From contig MU058337.1 in the NCBI GenBank assembly GCA_013265495.1, forward strand, positions 250,001 to 314,000: a DNA stretch of 64,000 nucleotides. Reading direction: 5' to 3'. This document shows, piece after piece, positions 39,751 through 51,622 of the stretch (position 1 is the stretch's first letter; every line of letters begins with the position of its first letter). The notes below the pieces were generated by a model that ran no database searches, was not told the origin of the DNA, and saw nothing but the letters and a program-made list of their open reading frames with translations. Source of the stretch: Vicugna vicugna. Taxonomy: Eukaryota. The position numbers and the translations under genes are program-made.

Positions 39751-40817
39751 AATATAGTATGTACTCAATCAGTATGTGCTGCTGAATGAACTTTGAATCT
39801 AAGAAAATATGCTAAAAGACTAATTTAAAGCTAAAGTAATTATAAATGTAAGTGTAAGTGTTATGTGTCTACATCTTAAAACTTAGATTTTCAGCTTGCT
39901 AGTTAGCCCACAGATAAACGCTAATAACAAGAAAACATGCACTAAATGCTTATTCTGTAGAAAGATTTTCTAAACTAGCATGCATCACTCCTTACAGCAG
40001 ATACTGAAGAATTTGGAAGTAAATTCCAAGAGTATTAACGCTTATTTTTGTTAGTCAACAGCTAAAACATAGATGTACCTTGATAAAGTATAAACTTCCC
40101 AGCTCCACGAAGCCTTAAATGCATTGTTAAATTCTACTGCGAGATTGAAAGTCAATCTCATCATTGCCTCTATGAAATCATGATATTAAAAAGCAGAATA
40201 AACAAAAGACTTCCACTCTTAACATGGCTGTGGCAATTATGTCTCTCCTCTTTTACCTCCTGTAGGTCCTATGAAAGAAACAGACAGATATGTGTTCTCC
40301 AAAATAACTGTGACGGACGCCAAAAGCAACTGAGACCACACCGAAGCTGAGCATAGAAGTGAAGAGAAGCAGCAAAGAAAATGGCACGAAGGCCTGGAAG
40401 CAGCCAGGTTCACAAAGAGCCAGCAAAAATCCACTCGCTGAAGGTGAAGAACCCCTAACACAGAAATTCTACAGACAGACAATACAGGAAATGTCAACAT
40501 TAGCTACAAGAACTTGGGAAATTAGGAGGGGAAAAAAAACTCTTCATTTAAATGAAAATAAAAGTAAACATTTCAGAAGGGGACCTACCTAGGTTTTGCA
40601 CAAAACAAAATGAGACGGAATAAAGAAAAAGTTAAGAATTTGAGAAAAACTGTAGAATTATAGACTATAAAGGACATGCAGGTAACCACTAGCGTGCACA
40701 TCACCGGAGCCCTGAAGACAAAACAAACAGCAGAAAGGCAAGCAGAGCAACCACTCAGAGCTGCTGCAGGCTTGAGAGGCCCATCGCGGCTCAGGGAAAG
40801 TTGCTTCGGAAGAGGTT

Positions 40818-41288
40818 TGTTACTTTCTTATTGCAGCTGTAAGCAGTAACTACAAACTTAGTGGCTTAAAGCAATAAACATTTATTATCTCCCAATGTTA
40901 AACATCAGAAGTCTCACTGGACAAGAATCAAGATGCTGGCAAGTCTGTGTTCCTTCTGGATGCTGGACTAACCATCTTGTCTCCTCCAGCTGCTATGGCT
41001 GGCCTGCTTTCTTGGGCTTGTAGCCCCTCCTCTCTTCCCAGGCAACAAACACATCATTCTGAGCTCTGCTTTTATCATCACATCGCCTTCTCTAACTCCG
41101 ACCCTGCTAAATCCCTTATATAAGGGCCTTTGTGATTATACCCGGCCCGTTCAGATAACTCAGAACAATCTCCCCAAATTCCTTATCTTAATCACGTCTG
41201 CAAAGTCCCAGATGTAGGGGAGCAAACTCACGGGTTTCAGGGATTAGAATGTGGGCATCTTTGGGGGTGTACTATTCTACCTGCCACA
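40818..41288 (-). mobile_element. MaLR LTR (MLT1-like) solo LTR
   Basis: acaaacttagtggcttaaagcaataaacatttattatctc...cttaatcacgtctgcaaagtcc...gggattagaatgtgggcatctttggggg...ctgccaca. Confidence 0.85.
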
Positions 41289-41886
41289 GCAGTCAACCCT
41301 GAGATACACAGTAAAATAAATACTACATTTTTAAGGGGCATGAATCATTCTTTGCATAACGAGGCAAGGTAGTCAAGACAGTCAAGCCACTTCGGAGAAG
41401 AAAAATTTCTCTTACCTTAGTTTTCTTCAAAGCACATATAACGCCAAAGGCAAAAAACAGTGAAGGAATTCCTACAAGATCCTCAGGTAAAGAGAGGTTA
41501 AACTGAGGATTTCATACCAAGCCACCTGTCCTTAAAGTATCAAAGCTACAAAGGAATAGCTTTGTTACTGCAAATACTTAGTAAGCATTGTTCTCAGGAA
41601 GCCATTTTGAATAAATGAGTAGAGAACAAAATTCAGCAAAATATGCATGAGGACACCACAGCAAAGGGACTTGCAATGGGTACTGAAAACCAAGACAAAG
41701 ACACATAAAAAGGATGGTTTGATGAAAAAGAATAAAACAGTTTTAACCCACGACAATGTAGAGATTATATAAGTAACAAATATTGAGAAGTAGTGGACAG
41801 TAATTCATCAATGGCCTCATTTGGAACAGCTGGGGTTCAACAGATAGACATTAAAGTTAACAGATCAAGTAATAGAAGTATGAACA

Positions 41887-42115
41887 TTGGGAGTTTGAGA
41901 TGTGCAGATACTGACTACTATATATAAAACAGACAAACAACAAGTTTATACTGTATAGCACAGGGAACTACATTCAATATCTTATAGTAACTTACGGTTA
42001 AAAAGAATATGAAAATGAATATATGCATGTTCATGTATGGCTGAAGTACTGTGCTGTACACCAGAATCTGACACAACATTGTAAACTCACTATACTTCAA
42101 TAAAAATATATTAAA
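41887..42115 (+). mobile_element. L1 3' UTR end fragment (lineage-specific)
   Basis: ttgggagtttgagatgtgcagatactgactactatatataaaa...tgctgtacaccagaatctgacacaacattgtaaactcactatacttcaataaaa; same motif family as 27477, 49095 and 55750. Confidence 0.88.
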
Positions 42116-42249
42116 AATAGTACATAGATAATAAACATTAAGAAATATAGTATCACTATCAAAAAAAAGGATGATGAAGGACAGGAATCATGTTTAATTT
42201 TATTACTGATCATAGTAGACAATCAATAGGTATTATCGAAAGATATAAC

Positions 42250-45200
42250 TATAGCTGTCAGAGTAACATCATGGGAAACAGCCGCATACAAAGCTCAGGA
42301 ATAAGTCCCTTCTCTGAAGCTGCAATTAAGCTTGCAAACCTTATAGAATCAATGTTTTTGGATATATGAAATCTAGTAAAAAAAAAACCTTATGGGGACA
42401 AGGGAATGTTTAATGAAAAAAAAGAGATTAAATTTCAGTAAGAAAGTACTGTGGTATTTCTGCTTACTCACTGACCACATCTCGTTCTCCAGCTCAGTGT
42501 TAGCCATGGAGATGGTGGCCTGAGTTCCAGCTGGTGTCTTGCTGATGCCAGGAAGTGCAATAGTCACTGTGTTCTCAAAACACTGTAACTCTGCATTTTG
42601 ACCTGTCCGGAGGCTCCCTTTAGATGGGAGAAGCTCTTCAGGCTGGTGTCAGTCCAAAGTATTAAAGACACAGATGACCTGTAGCCACCTGTGACAAGGA
42701 ACAGCACGTAGGGCAAACAGCAGACTGACCAAAAATCTGAGGACGATGAGGCAAAGGAGGAAGTTACCTCAAGGAATAAGGGCTTTGAAGCGCCGCCACA
42801 TACACCAAGGAATCTGCAGTGCGTTGTGTCTGACCGGAGCCAGACGCTCAGGAAAGACTTAGAAGAACCCTAAGCTATCATCTCTTGTTGATCTTTGATT
42901 GCTTCACAAAAAGGTTGGGAAGTCTAAGGCAGAGCCGCTGGTAGCCTGGCTTAATGTTGAAGGAGTTCCCAAGCTCAGAGCTAATCTGCTAAGAAAAGGG
43001 GAATCTGTTTTTTGATGGTTTCGGTTCCTAGTATTAAAGTAAATCTCTGTCAGGATTAGGACTGGAGACAAGTCTCTAATAGGCTTATTACTGTAGAGAT
43101 AACACAAAAAAAGTCTTCAGTGACCACACAGAACAAAGAGTACAATTTAGTTTTTGAGAAAATATTTTGGGAAATTCAATAAACAAATGGACAACTGCAG
43201 CCCACAACAAATCAACAATCAAGAACAGCAAACCCTGGGGATGGGATTTCCAGAGTTACCACATTATAATATTCAAATTGTCCAATTTCCAAAGATAAAT
43301 TCAAAGCATATAAAGAAACAGAAAATTACGGGCCATTCACAGGGAAATAACTGGCAGAAACCATTCCTAAGGGAGCCCAGACACTGGACTTACCAGTCAA
43401 AGACTTTACATCTTGAAAATACTCTTAAAGAGCTAAAGGAAACCATGGACAGAGAACTTAAGAAAACAGACATGTTAGTAAAGAGATAAAAATTGCTGTA
43501 AAAGGAACTATGTTCTTTATTTAGAAAGGAATTGTGGAGCTAAAAATTGAAATAGCTGAAATAAAAATTGTACTGGTGAGGTTACACAGGACACTTCACC
43601 AAGCAGAAGACAGAATTAGCAAACTTGAATATAGGACAACTGAAATTACCCAGTTTGAGAAATAGAAAGAAAAAGGAATTAAAGGAAGTGAAAAGAGCAT
43701 AAGGGACATATAGGACACTCTCAGTCAGACTAACATAAGCATTTATAGGAGTCACAGAAGGAGAATAGAGGAGGGCAGAAAGAATATTTGAAAAAAATAA
43801 TTACCAAACTCTTCCCAACTTTGAGGAAAGAATCAATCAACATATCGAAAAAGCTGAATGAATTCCAAGAAGGATAAACTCAAAGAGATTCATTCCAAGA
43901 TGCATTATAACTAGTAGTTGAAAGAAAAGACAAGCAGAGAATTTTGAAAGTAACAAGAGAGAAGCAATTCTTCAAGAACCGGGAAGCTCAGTAAGGGTAA
44001 CAGATGATGTCTTACTTAAGCATGCAGGCATATAAGCAAAAGGCAACGGGATGACATATTTAAGGTTCTGAATGAGGAATTACGTCAGCAAGATAGTAGT
44101 GTAGGAAGCCTTATTTCTCACCCCCTTGCAGAAATGATGATTTAACAATAATATTGCTACCAAAATACCTTGAAGAGGCAGTCAGGATCCAGGTAAGAAG
44201 TAGAAGCACCTTAGAGGAGCACAAACTGAGAAACAGTCAGAGTTATATAAGTAAAAACAGAAATTTCAATTTACTCACATCAGTTCCTCCTCCAAACAGG
44301 CTTAGCTCAGCCCCAAGAAGACTGCTTCAGCCCCTGATTCTCCCATGGAGTGATGGCGAGATTGGAGTGTGCACCTGGCCTCGTGGCCTCCCACAAGGAA
44401 CTTCTGTGGAACTGGTTTCTAGCTTGCTTCCTACTGAGCACTGAACAACCAAAAGAGCTTGGTTCCCTGAGATAGAAACAGAAAAGGGGGAGGGGATCCC
44501 CTTATAGCCAGTATTTTTTTTTTCATGATTGGGGAAAAGCAGAGAATTGATGCTTTTCCTCAGGAGGGAAGGAAGAAAGTAAAAGGGCTTTACTCCTAGC
44601 CTTAGAGGAACTACTACTGAGCACTGCTGACCAGTGAAAGTGCATCCCAGTCAAAATCAGTCCATGAATACAGACAGTAGCTGCTTCTTCAAATGCACAG
44701 ACAGCAAAGTAAATTGACAAGAAACATGAGGAGTCACTAAGGAAGAAAACAGATCTCCGATAACAATCTGAAAGAAATGGCTACAATGAGTTGCAAATCA
44801 CTTTCAATTCTAGTGTAAAAGTTAAAAGACAGAAGTACTAAAAAGAACTGTAACTACAATAATTTGTTGATAGATACACAATATAAACAGAAGTAAATTG
44901 TCACATTAATAAGAAAAAGTGTGGGGGAGGGAGAAGTTAAGGTGTAGGTTTTGTACAAGATCAAAGTTGATATTATCAGCTTAGAAAAGAATATTGTAAC
45001 TCAGCTGTTTTATGTAAACCCTGTGGCAAGCACAAATAAAAACCTGTAGTAGATACACAACATGTGAAGAGAATCAAAGCATACTGCTCCTAAAAATAAC
45101 CCAAGGACACAGAGAAAGACATGGAGAGAGGAAGAAAGGAAGAAAGGAAGAGTCAGAAAACAATTAACAAAATGGAAGTAAGAAGTCCTCATTATCAACA

Positions 45201-46090
45201 ATCACTTTAAATATAAATGGATTAAATTTCCCAATCAAAAGTCATAGAGTGACTGAATGGATTTAAAAAACCAAAATCCAACCATATTCTGCCCACAAGA
45301 GACTCACTGTAGCTTTAACAACACACAAAGGCTGAAAATGAAGGGTCAGAAATCAATATTCCATGCAAATGGTAAACAAGAAAAAAAGGGCTATTCTTAT
45401 AACAGACAAAATAGACTTTAAGTCAAAACTGTCACATGAGACAGAAAGGGGCATATGTAGTTGATAAATGGATCAACTCATCACGCGGATCTAATAAATT
45501 CAAACACATAGGCACTCAACATTCGAATCCCTAAATATATAAAACAAACATTAACAGATCTGAAGGAAGAAAAGACAGCAATACCCCACCTTCAGCAATG
45601 GGTAGATCACGCAAAAGAAAGCCAGTGAGGAAACAGCGTACCTGCACAACCCTACAGACCGAATGGACTTAACAGATACATAACGGTCCATCTCACGGGA
45701 GCAAAATGTACATTCTTAAGTGCACAAGGCAGATTCTCTAAGACAGATAAAATGGTATGGCACAAAATAAGTCTTAAACTTAAGACTGAAATCCTATCAA
45801 GTACCTTTTCCAACTACAATGGTATGAAACTAGAAATCAATTAACAGGAGAAAAGTCAAAAAACTTACAAATATGTGGAAATTAAACAACACCCTCCTGA
45901 ATAACCAGTAGGTCAAAAAGGGTATCAAAATGTAAATGAAAACTGCCTTGACACCTACGACTGAAACTTTACGCTGTACACCAGAAATCGACACAACACG
46001 GCAAACTGACTTCACTTCAATTGAAAAAAAATGTAAAAAAGAAAAACCTATCTTGAGACAAATAACGGAAATACAACCTATCAAAACCTA
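42250..46090 (+). mobile_element. Composite decayed LINE-1 block: 5' UTR/ORF1 remnants, a second 5' UTR-like segment and ORF2 endonuclease remnants
   Basis: ORF1-like gaagacagaattagcaaacttgaatatagg; EN-like aatggattaaatttcccaatcaaaag, caagagactcac, tattccatgcaaatgg, aatggtatgaaactagaaatcaat; many stops and frameshifts. Confidence 0.85.
45950..46035 (+). mobile_element. Very short younger L1 3' tail nested in the older L1 ORF2 remnant
   Basis: gctgtacaccagaaatcgacacaacacggcaaactgacttcacttcaatt plus an A-tail, flanked by similar aaaatgtaaa...gaaaa motifs (possible TSD). Confidence 0.7.
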
Positions 46091-47417
46091 CAGGAGGCAG
46101 GAAAGCAGTACTGCCAGAATGTTCACACACACTAACATTTACACGTTCAAGGTTTCCGGGCATCACAATCCACTGGCCCAAACAGCAAAGCACCCAGATA
46201 CGCTCCCCTGGGCCAGTGGAGAGCCGCCGTGGCGCCTGGGGGACCACGACACTGTGAAAGTCACACTCACAGTTGGGGAGCAGCTGTATCTTTCTGGGTG
46301 ATTTATAGCATTTTTTGTTTGGGGCCAAATGTGTAAAACAGACTTTTTCCAAGTCAGTTTTTTTACACTGTATTTTTGGTCCTTGGGGTGTTCTTCTGGC
46401 TTTATTTTAATTCCTAGGAAACAGTTCGCTACCTTATAAAAGTTGCAAACATACGACTTTGGAGAACACAGAGCAATAATAATAGAATTTCAAATCGTTT
46501 AGCACTTGTGTTACATTTAGGATAATTAAAGTCACACAGAAAAATTCAGATGCAAGACAGTATTGCAGGCAATCACAGCAAGGCCAGTCCAAATTCCTTA
46601 TCTTTCCTGTGTCTCCACCTCTGGCCCCCAGCTTAACCTCCCGACACCTCTGAATGCCCTTCTGTGCTTCACGCCCCAACATTCCTTTGCCACGCGCCCC
46701 CGCTTCACCTGCTTTATTTTCCTCCGTACCATTGAATTTTATTATTCTACATTTCACTTGTTCATTGTTTGTTTTTCTGTTTTCCCCTCATCAGAAGGTA
46801 AATTCCATGAAAGTGAGGAACCACATATATATTACTCACTGCTAAGCCCCCGTGTCCACACGGTAACTGGAAGAGTGCATGTGCTTAGCCTGTATATGTA
46901 AAGTGTAAAGGACTGATTTCCTACTGGAGATTTATCATGAAAATGTTATATTTATTTGTACATGTTATATAATTATTGATAAATTAATACAAAATGTTTA
47001 TGATATGTTCAATTTTATCTTCATCCTATTATAATTTCTACAACCTAATAATGTAATAGGAGAATTAATATTTGTGAAGATGAACTTGAGGCACCATAGA
47101 AGTTAAAATGATTTCTAAATAACAAAAGACTGAATTTGGTTGAGTATTGATTTTGTTTTATAATATGCTAATTATTTAAAATTTCTAAGCATTCGTTTTC
47201 TTTAGGTAATTCTCTTTGCTAGATGATTACACTAGCCTAAATATTTATTTCCCAACCATTTAAAATAAATTTATCCTTTTACATCTGATTCTAAGAAGTT
47301 TTGAGGCACACAGGTGATTTGAGATGCGGTTTTACTACAGTCTTTGGACTTGAACTGTACAAGCAATTGAACTGAACTGAATTCTAAGTGGAAAATTTCC
47401 CGAAAGTATGTTATTAC

Positions 47418-47474
47418 CTTTTCGTATAGTAGGCGTGTCACTGTCTGCAATTAGCTGCAAGCAATCTTGAGTAA
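47418..47474 (-). CDS. TNFSF13B: TNFSF13B exon 3 (57 nt, symmetric phase 1-1; the exon skipped in deltaBAFF)
   Basis: ttttcag|TT ACT CAA GAT TGC TTG CAG CTA ATT GCA GAC AGT GAC ACG CCT ACT ATA CGA AAA G|gtaata = (V)TQDCLQLIADSDTPTIRK; too short for the ORF track, found by reading. Confidence 0.97.
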
Positions 47475-49093
47475 CTGAAAATCAAAAATATATCATTTTA
47501 GTTACATGAATAGAAAGAGTAAGGGAACAAAGAGGGCTGAGATACAAAGCAACAAACCCACACTTCCAGTGACGCCGAATCAGTTATACTTTCTATGTTG
47601 CCTATATGCTGTTCCTAAAATTATTTTAGGCAATTTGCCCACAGATTTTTTTTAATAAAACTTGTACTTGAAATACAATATGTATTTGAAATTCTAGTTT
47701 AGAAAATCCCTATGTGCTACTGAAATATAGTAAGAATATTATCATTACGCTTTAGCTTAACTTATTCTAAAATGTTACACCTGCACAGAAAGCAGGTTTA
47801 GCCTCTGGCATGTGTTTCCCAGTTCTCTCCAACACACAAGCCAGTTAAACAATCAGATTACTCTGAAATGATTTCTTGTTTAAGAAATCTGTCATTAAAC
47901 AGTAACTCATCAGTACTGAAAATGCTACTATTAATAATCCTGAAAATAAAAATAATTGTTAACATTTATTGAGCTGACATAAATCCAGGCAACTTCACAA
48001 AAGCCCTAAAACTCACATACTGGAAACCACGTCTCGGAAAGCATAAACAACGCGTCCAGTCCCCAGGGGTGGAAGGTGACAGGGCCAGAGCTTAATCACG
48101 CTGCTCCACTCCAGGGCCAAAGCCAGGCTTTTGGTGAAGTATTTTGGACCAGAAAGAGAAAGAGAGCTGCAACATCTTTTTGAGAGCAAATGGAAGATTT
48201 CCCTGAGACTGCAGCATGAGTGCAGCTTCTGGGAAGCGCCAATTCACATCACAAATTACACACAGACTACCCCAAAGAACACTCAGAGGAACATGCAATT
48301 GTTCTGTTAAATAAAGACAAATGCCTTCAGGTCAAAGCCAAACAGTCACACTGCCTGTAGGAAAAGAAGATGAAGTCGTAAATATCTATGCAAACAGGAG
48401 ACATAAACATAAATGGGCCTATTTTAAATTAAGAAAATATTGGTTTAGATTGTTTACTATACAGCAAGTATTTTATTCAGCGTTGAAGTAACGTTTTAAA
48501 GATATGCTCCTCAACGTATACACGTCAAGAGCTTAACACAGCGGAGACTTCCTGCTTCAGCTGATTAATGGAAAATATGGACTAACAGAGGGCATCATTA
48601 GGTGATGTTCTGAGGCTGGGCAAATGCAGAGGCTGCTAAGAATGCTGTCACAGGGAGGGATCACATAAGAAAACCTACTAAGAAATTTCCCTTGAGGACA
48701 GCTTGAAGGAAGGAGTAACAAAAAATCCAAGGAGCCAGAGTCTGAAAGGCACAACGTCTAGAGCCGTCATATTAAACCTGCTATTCTGACAAACACTTCT
48801 TAAGGAATCATATGCCCAAGGCACCGGCCCGTCAGAGCACGAGAAGCGCTTCTCGTTCCTCTGCACTAAAAAAGGAGGGATGCTGACAAGATCAAAGTCA
48901 CATTTCCCAATTTCCCGTCTTTCCTCTGTCGTTGTGTGTACGTGCATCTTGTGAAGATTAAGTGAGACGACGCATGTGGAACACTTAGTATATACCCAGC
49001 ATATAAAAAATGGCAACGTCACTCTTGGCTATTATTAGTAGCAGCACTAGCCTTACTGTACTTTTTTTTTTCATCTCTGCTTCTCTCTCCCTC

Positions 49094-49345
49094 TTTTTTT
49101 TCAATTGAAGTACAGTCAGTTACCAGGTGTCTGTTTCTGGTGTACAGTACAATGTCCCAGTCATGCATACATATATTCATTTTCATATTCTTTTTCATTA
49201 AAGGTTATTGCAAGATATTGAAAATAGTTCCCTGTGCTGTACAGAAGAAATTTGTTTTTTATCTATTTTTATATATAGTGGCTAACATTTGCAGATCTCA
49301 AATTCCCAAATTTATCCCGTCCTACCCCTTTCCCTCGGTAACTAT
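49094..49345 (-). mobile_element. L1 3' UTR end fragment, sense to BAFF
   Basis: Reverse complement of the same L1 tail motifs (ttgaagtacagtcagttac...atagttccctgtgctgtacag...atctcaaattcccaaatttatccc). Confidence 0.88.
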
Positions 49346-50859
49346 ACGGTTGTTTACTATTATTATTGTTGTTGTTCTTAATAGCATCAAACCAGATAAA
49401 CTGGAAACATCATGGAGGGGCATTATAAGAGCACAAAGACCAAGAGAGGCTGACAGAGACTGAGGATGTACGAGAAATACTATTTCAATTCACCATCTTT
49501 TTCACTGTTTCCGCAAAACTCCTGTAGGACACTTTTGCTATTTAGACAGAAGGGGGTTTACCTAATGAGCGATGCCTCGACACTACCAAACTGATGTGAA
49601 AAATCTAAATTTTAATCTCCACAGCCCAGCCGAAACTTGTCCACAACCTACAGGCTGAAAAACCATGGTCTAGTCCATCACATTGTAGCAGAAATCCAAC
49701 CTTTAGAAGAACATACACTTTGAAGAGAAATGTTTATTCAAGAAATATTTTTCAGGAAAGAAAATGGGCTATTAAAATGACAGTTCAGTAGGAGTGTCAG
49801 AGTGACGCTCGCTGACGCTAGAGCTATTCGTTCATCTTCCTTATTCCAGGGAGGGTCGGGAGAGCTTCCAAGGAGACGAGTTCCTGGAGGTAAGAACAGG
49901 ACCGTCCCTCCTGCTGCCCAGGTCCTGTCCACCCTATCAGTGCCATCTGCCTCTTCAGCGTTCACCCCCTTCTTTTTAGGAAAGTTCATATTAGCAGCTT
50001 GTCCCCTGTCTGGTCTTCGAGGACTCCCTTTCTGCTTCAGCACAGATCTGGTCTCAGACAATGGATTACTGCTCATACAAGCGGGCCACAGAAGAGCGAT
50101 ACTGCTTTTTGATCTCTCCCGGCAGTACAGACATCCAGCCGCAAGAGCTTTGCGACCGCGCAGTCTCATGTAAGAGACGCATCACTGGTAACAGCTGTAA
50201 TATTCACCGACCGTGTTTGCTTCTCAGATGGTCTTTCACACGCCCTTCCCTCTGCTGCAGTTGAGGGGAATCACACAAGAGTTTGAGACTAGTTTATCTT
50301 TTTAACCAAGGAAGGCAGTAGCACTAAAACCTTTCTTTGCTGATGAGCGGGTACATATATATGTAATATATACATACACATGTATAATATATGTAATATA
50401 TGTGGTATATTACACATATACCTATATATTATTATATAATATATAATATACAGCAGGGACAAGCAGTTTGGTGACTTCTGTTAAGCTTCTTGTTGGTAAC
50501 TTATGAAAACAGTAAGAGGTGAGAGGGTTTAAAAGACCTTCTAGAGAGCCAGGTTGAGAAGTCTGCATTTGATCTACTAGAAAATAGAAAAAATATTAGG
50601 AATCTGAATCCTGAGGGGCTTGCCTGATACACGCCGGGCTTGGGCAGGATCACACGCTTGTCTGTGTGTAGAATCAGTTGCCGTAAAGGGAGAGTGAAAG
50701 CAAAGGGTCGCTGTTGACTGGTGATAAATACAACACGTGGATGATCTGGTCTAAAATGCAATGGTATCAGTGGAGCAGCCAAGATAAATTGTGAAGAAAA
50801 ATTTTCAAGTTTCTGACTAATGAGTATATGTGTTTGAAAAAGAATTAAAAACTAATAAT

Positions 50860-50948
50860 GGGGAAGGCCAGAGCTCAGCGGTAGAGCACATGCTTAATTA
50901 GCATGCACAAGGTCCTGGGTTCAACCCCCAGGACCTCCATTAAAAAGC
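50860..50948 (+). mobile_element. tRNA-derived SINE (camelid-type)
   Basis: ggggaaggccagagctcagcggtagagcacatgctt...ggtcctgggttcaacccccaggacctcc with Pol III A/B boxes; candidate TSD AAAACTAAT at 50848-50856 and 50949-50957. Confidence 0.8.
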
Positions 50949-51231
50949 AAAACTAATGCTAAAAACCAGTTTTCACTTCAGAAAATTGAATTCAGAAAGA
51001 TGGCAGCTCTATAATGGCCCTGGGGAAGTTAAAAAGGTTAAAGAAGGGTGCTGACTTTTTTTGGAGAGCTTGGAATGGAGTTGATAAAATAAAATAGGCT
51101 AACTGTAACTGACAGGAGTAAAGAAATCTACTGAATTGAGGACTTTCTACGTGTGTATGTGCAGAGAAAGAGTCTTAGCATTAACTGGACACTGTCATGT
51201 ACCACTCATAACGTACTCATGTTGTATGTCT

Positions 51232-51622
51232 GGGGGACTCAGGTAATCATTCGAACATCTTCTTAATTAAAAAAAGTCTTTAGAAGTCTAAAATGCTCTT
51301 GGAACTTACGTACAAAGGGAACGTAAAACAGTCCCAACTGATGACAATGAAGAGGCCTGATGACATCGCACTCAGTGAGCCGGGGGAGACAGGCACCCCT
51401 CGGAGGTAGCTCCGAGGCACCTGTCAAGGCGGCCACGCACCTGTTCTCCAGCAGGTGTGTGCCTGGGAAGCCCTTGCAGCTGTCACAGGGGGACAGGGAC
51501 AAAGATATCTATCACAGCACTGTTTGTAATAATGAAAAACATTTCATGTACTGAATAAATGAAACATTCCATTCATAAAATGAGTGAACGAAGTGTATTT
51601 CACATAATGAATGAATGGAATG
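51232..51622 (+). repeat. Inverted repeat arm in intron 2 (partner 63336-63706); partly resembles very old L1 sequence
   Basis: Long collinear matches to the reverse complement of 63336-63706, e.g. cctgttctccagcaggtgtgtgcctgggaa, gtaatcattcgaaca, actgtttgtaataatgaaaaa. Confidence 0.92.

Noticed and set aside
49738..50264. Overlapping 123-143 aa ORFs in intron 2
   Set aside because: No recognisable domain or convincing splice signals; consistent with chance
50860..50940. tRNA gene-like sequence
   Set aside because: Degenerate stems, an A-rich tail and related copies at 19899 and 20708 indicate a SINE
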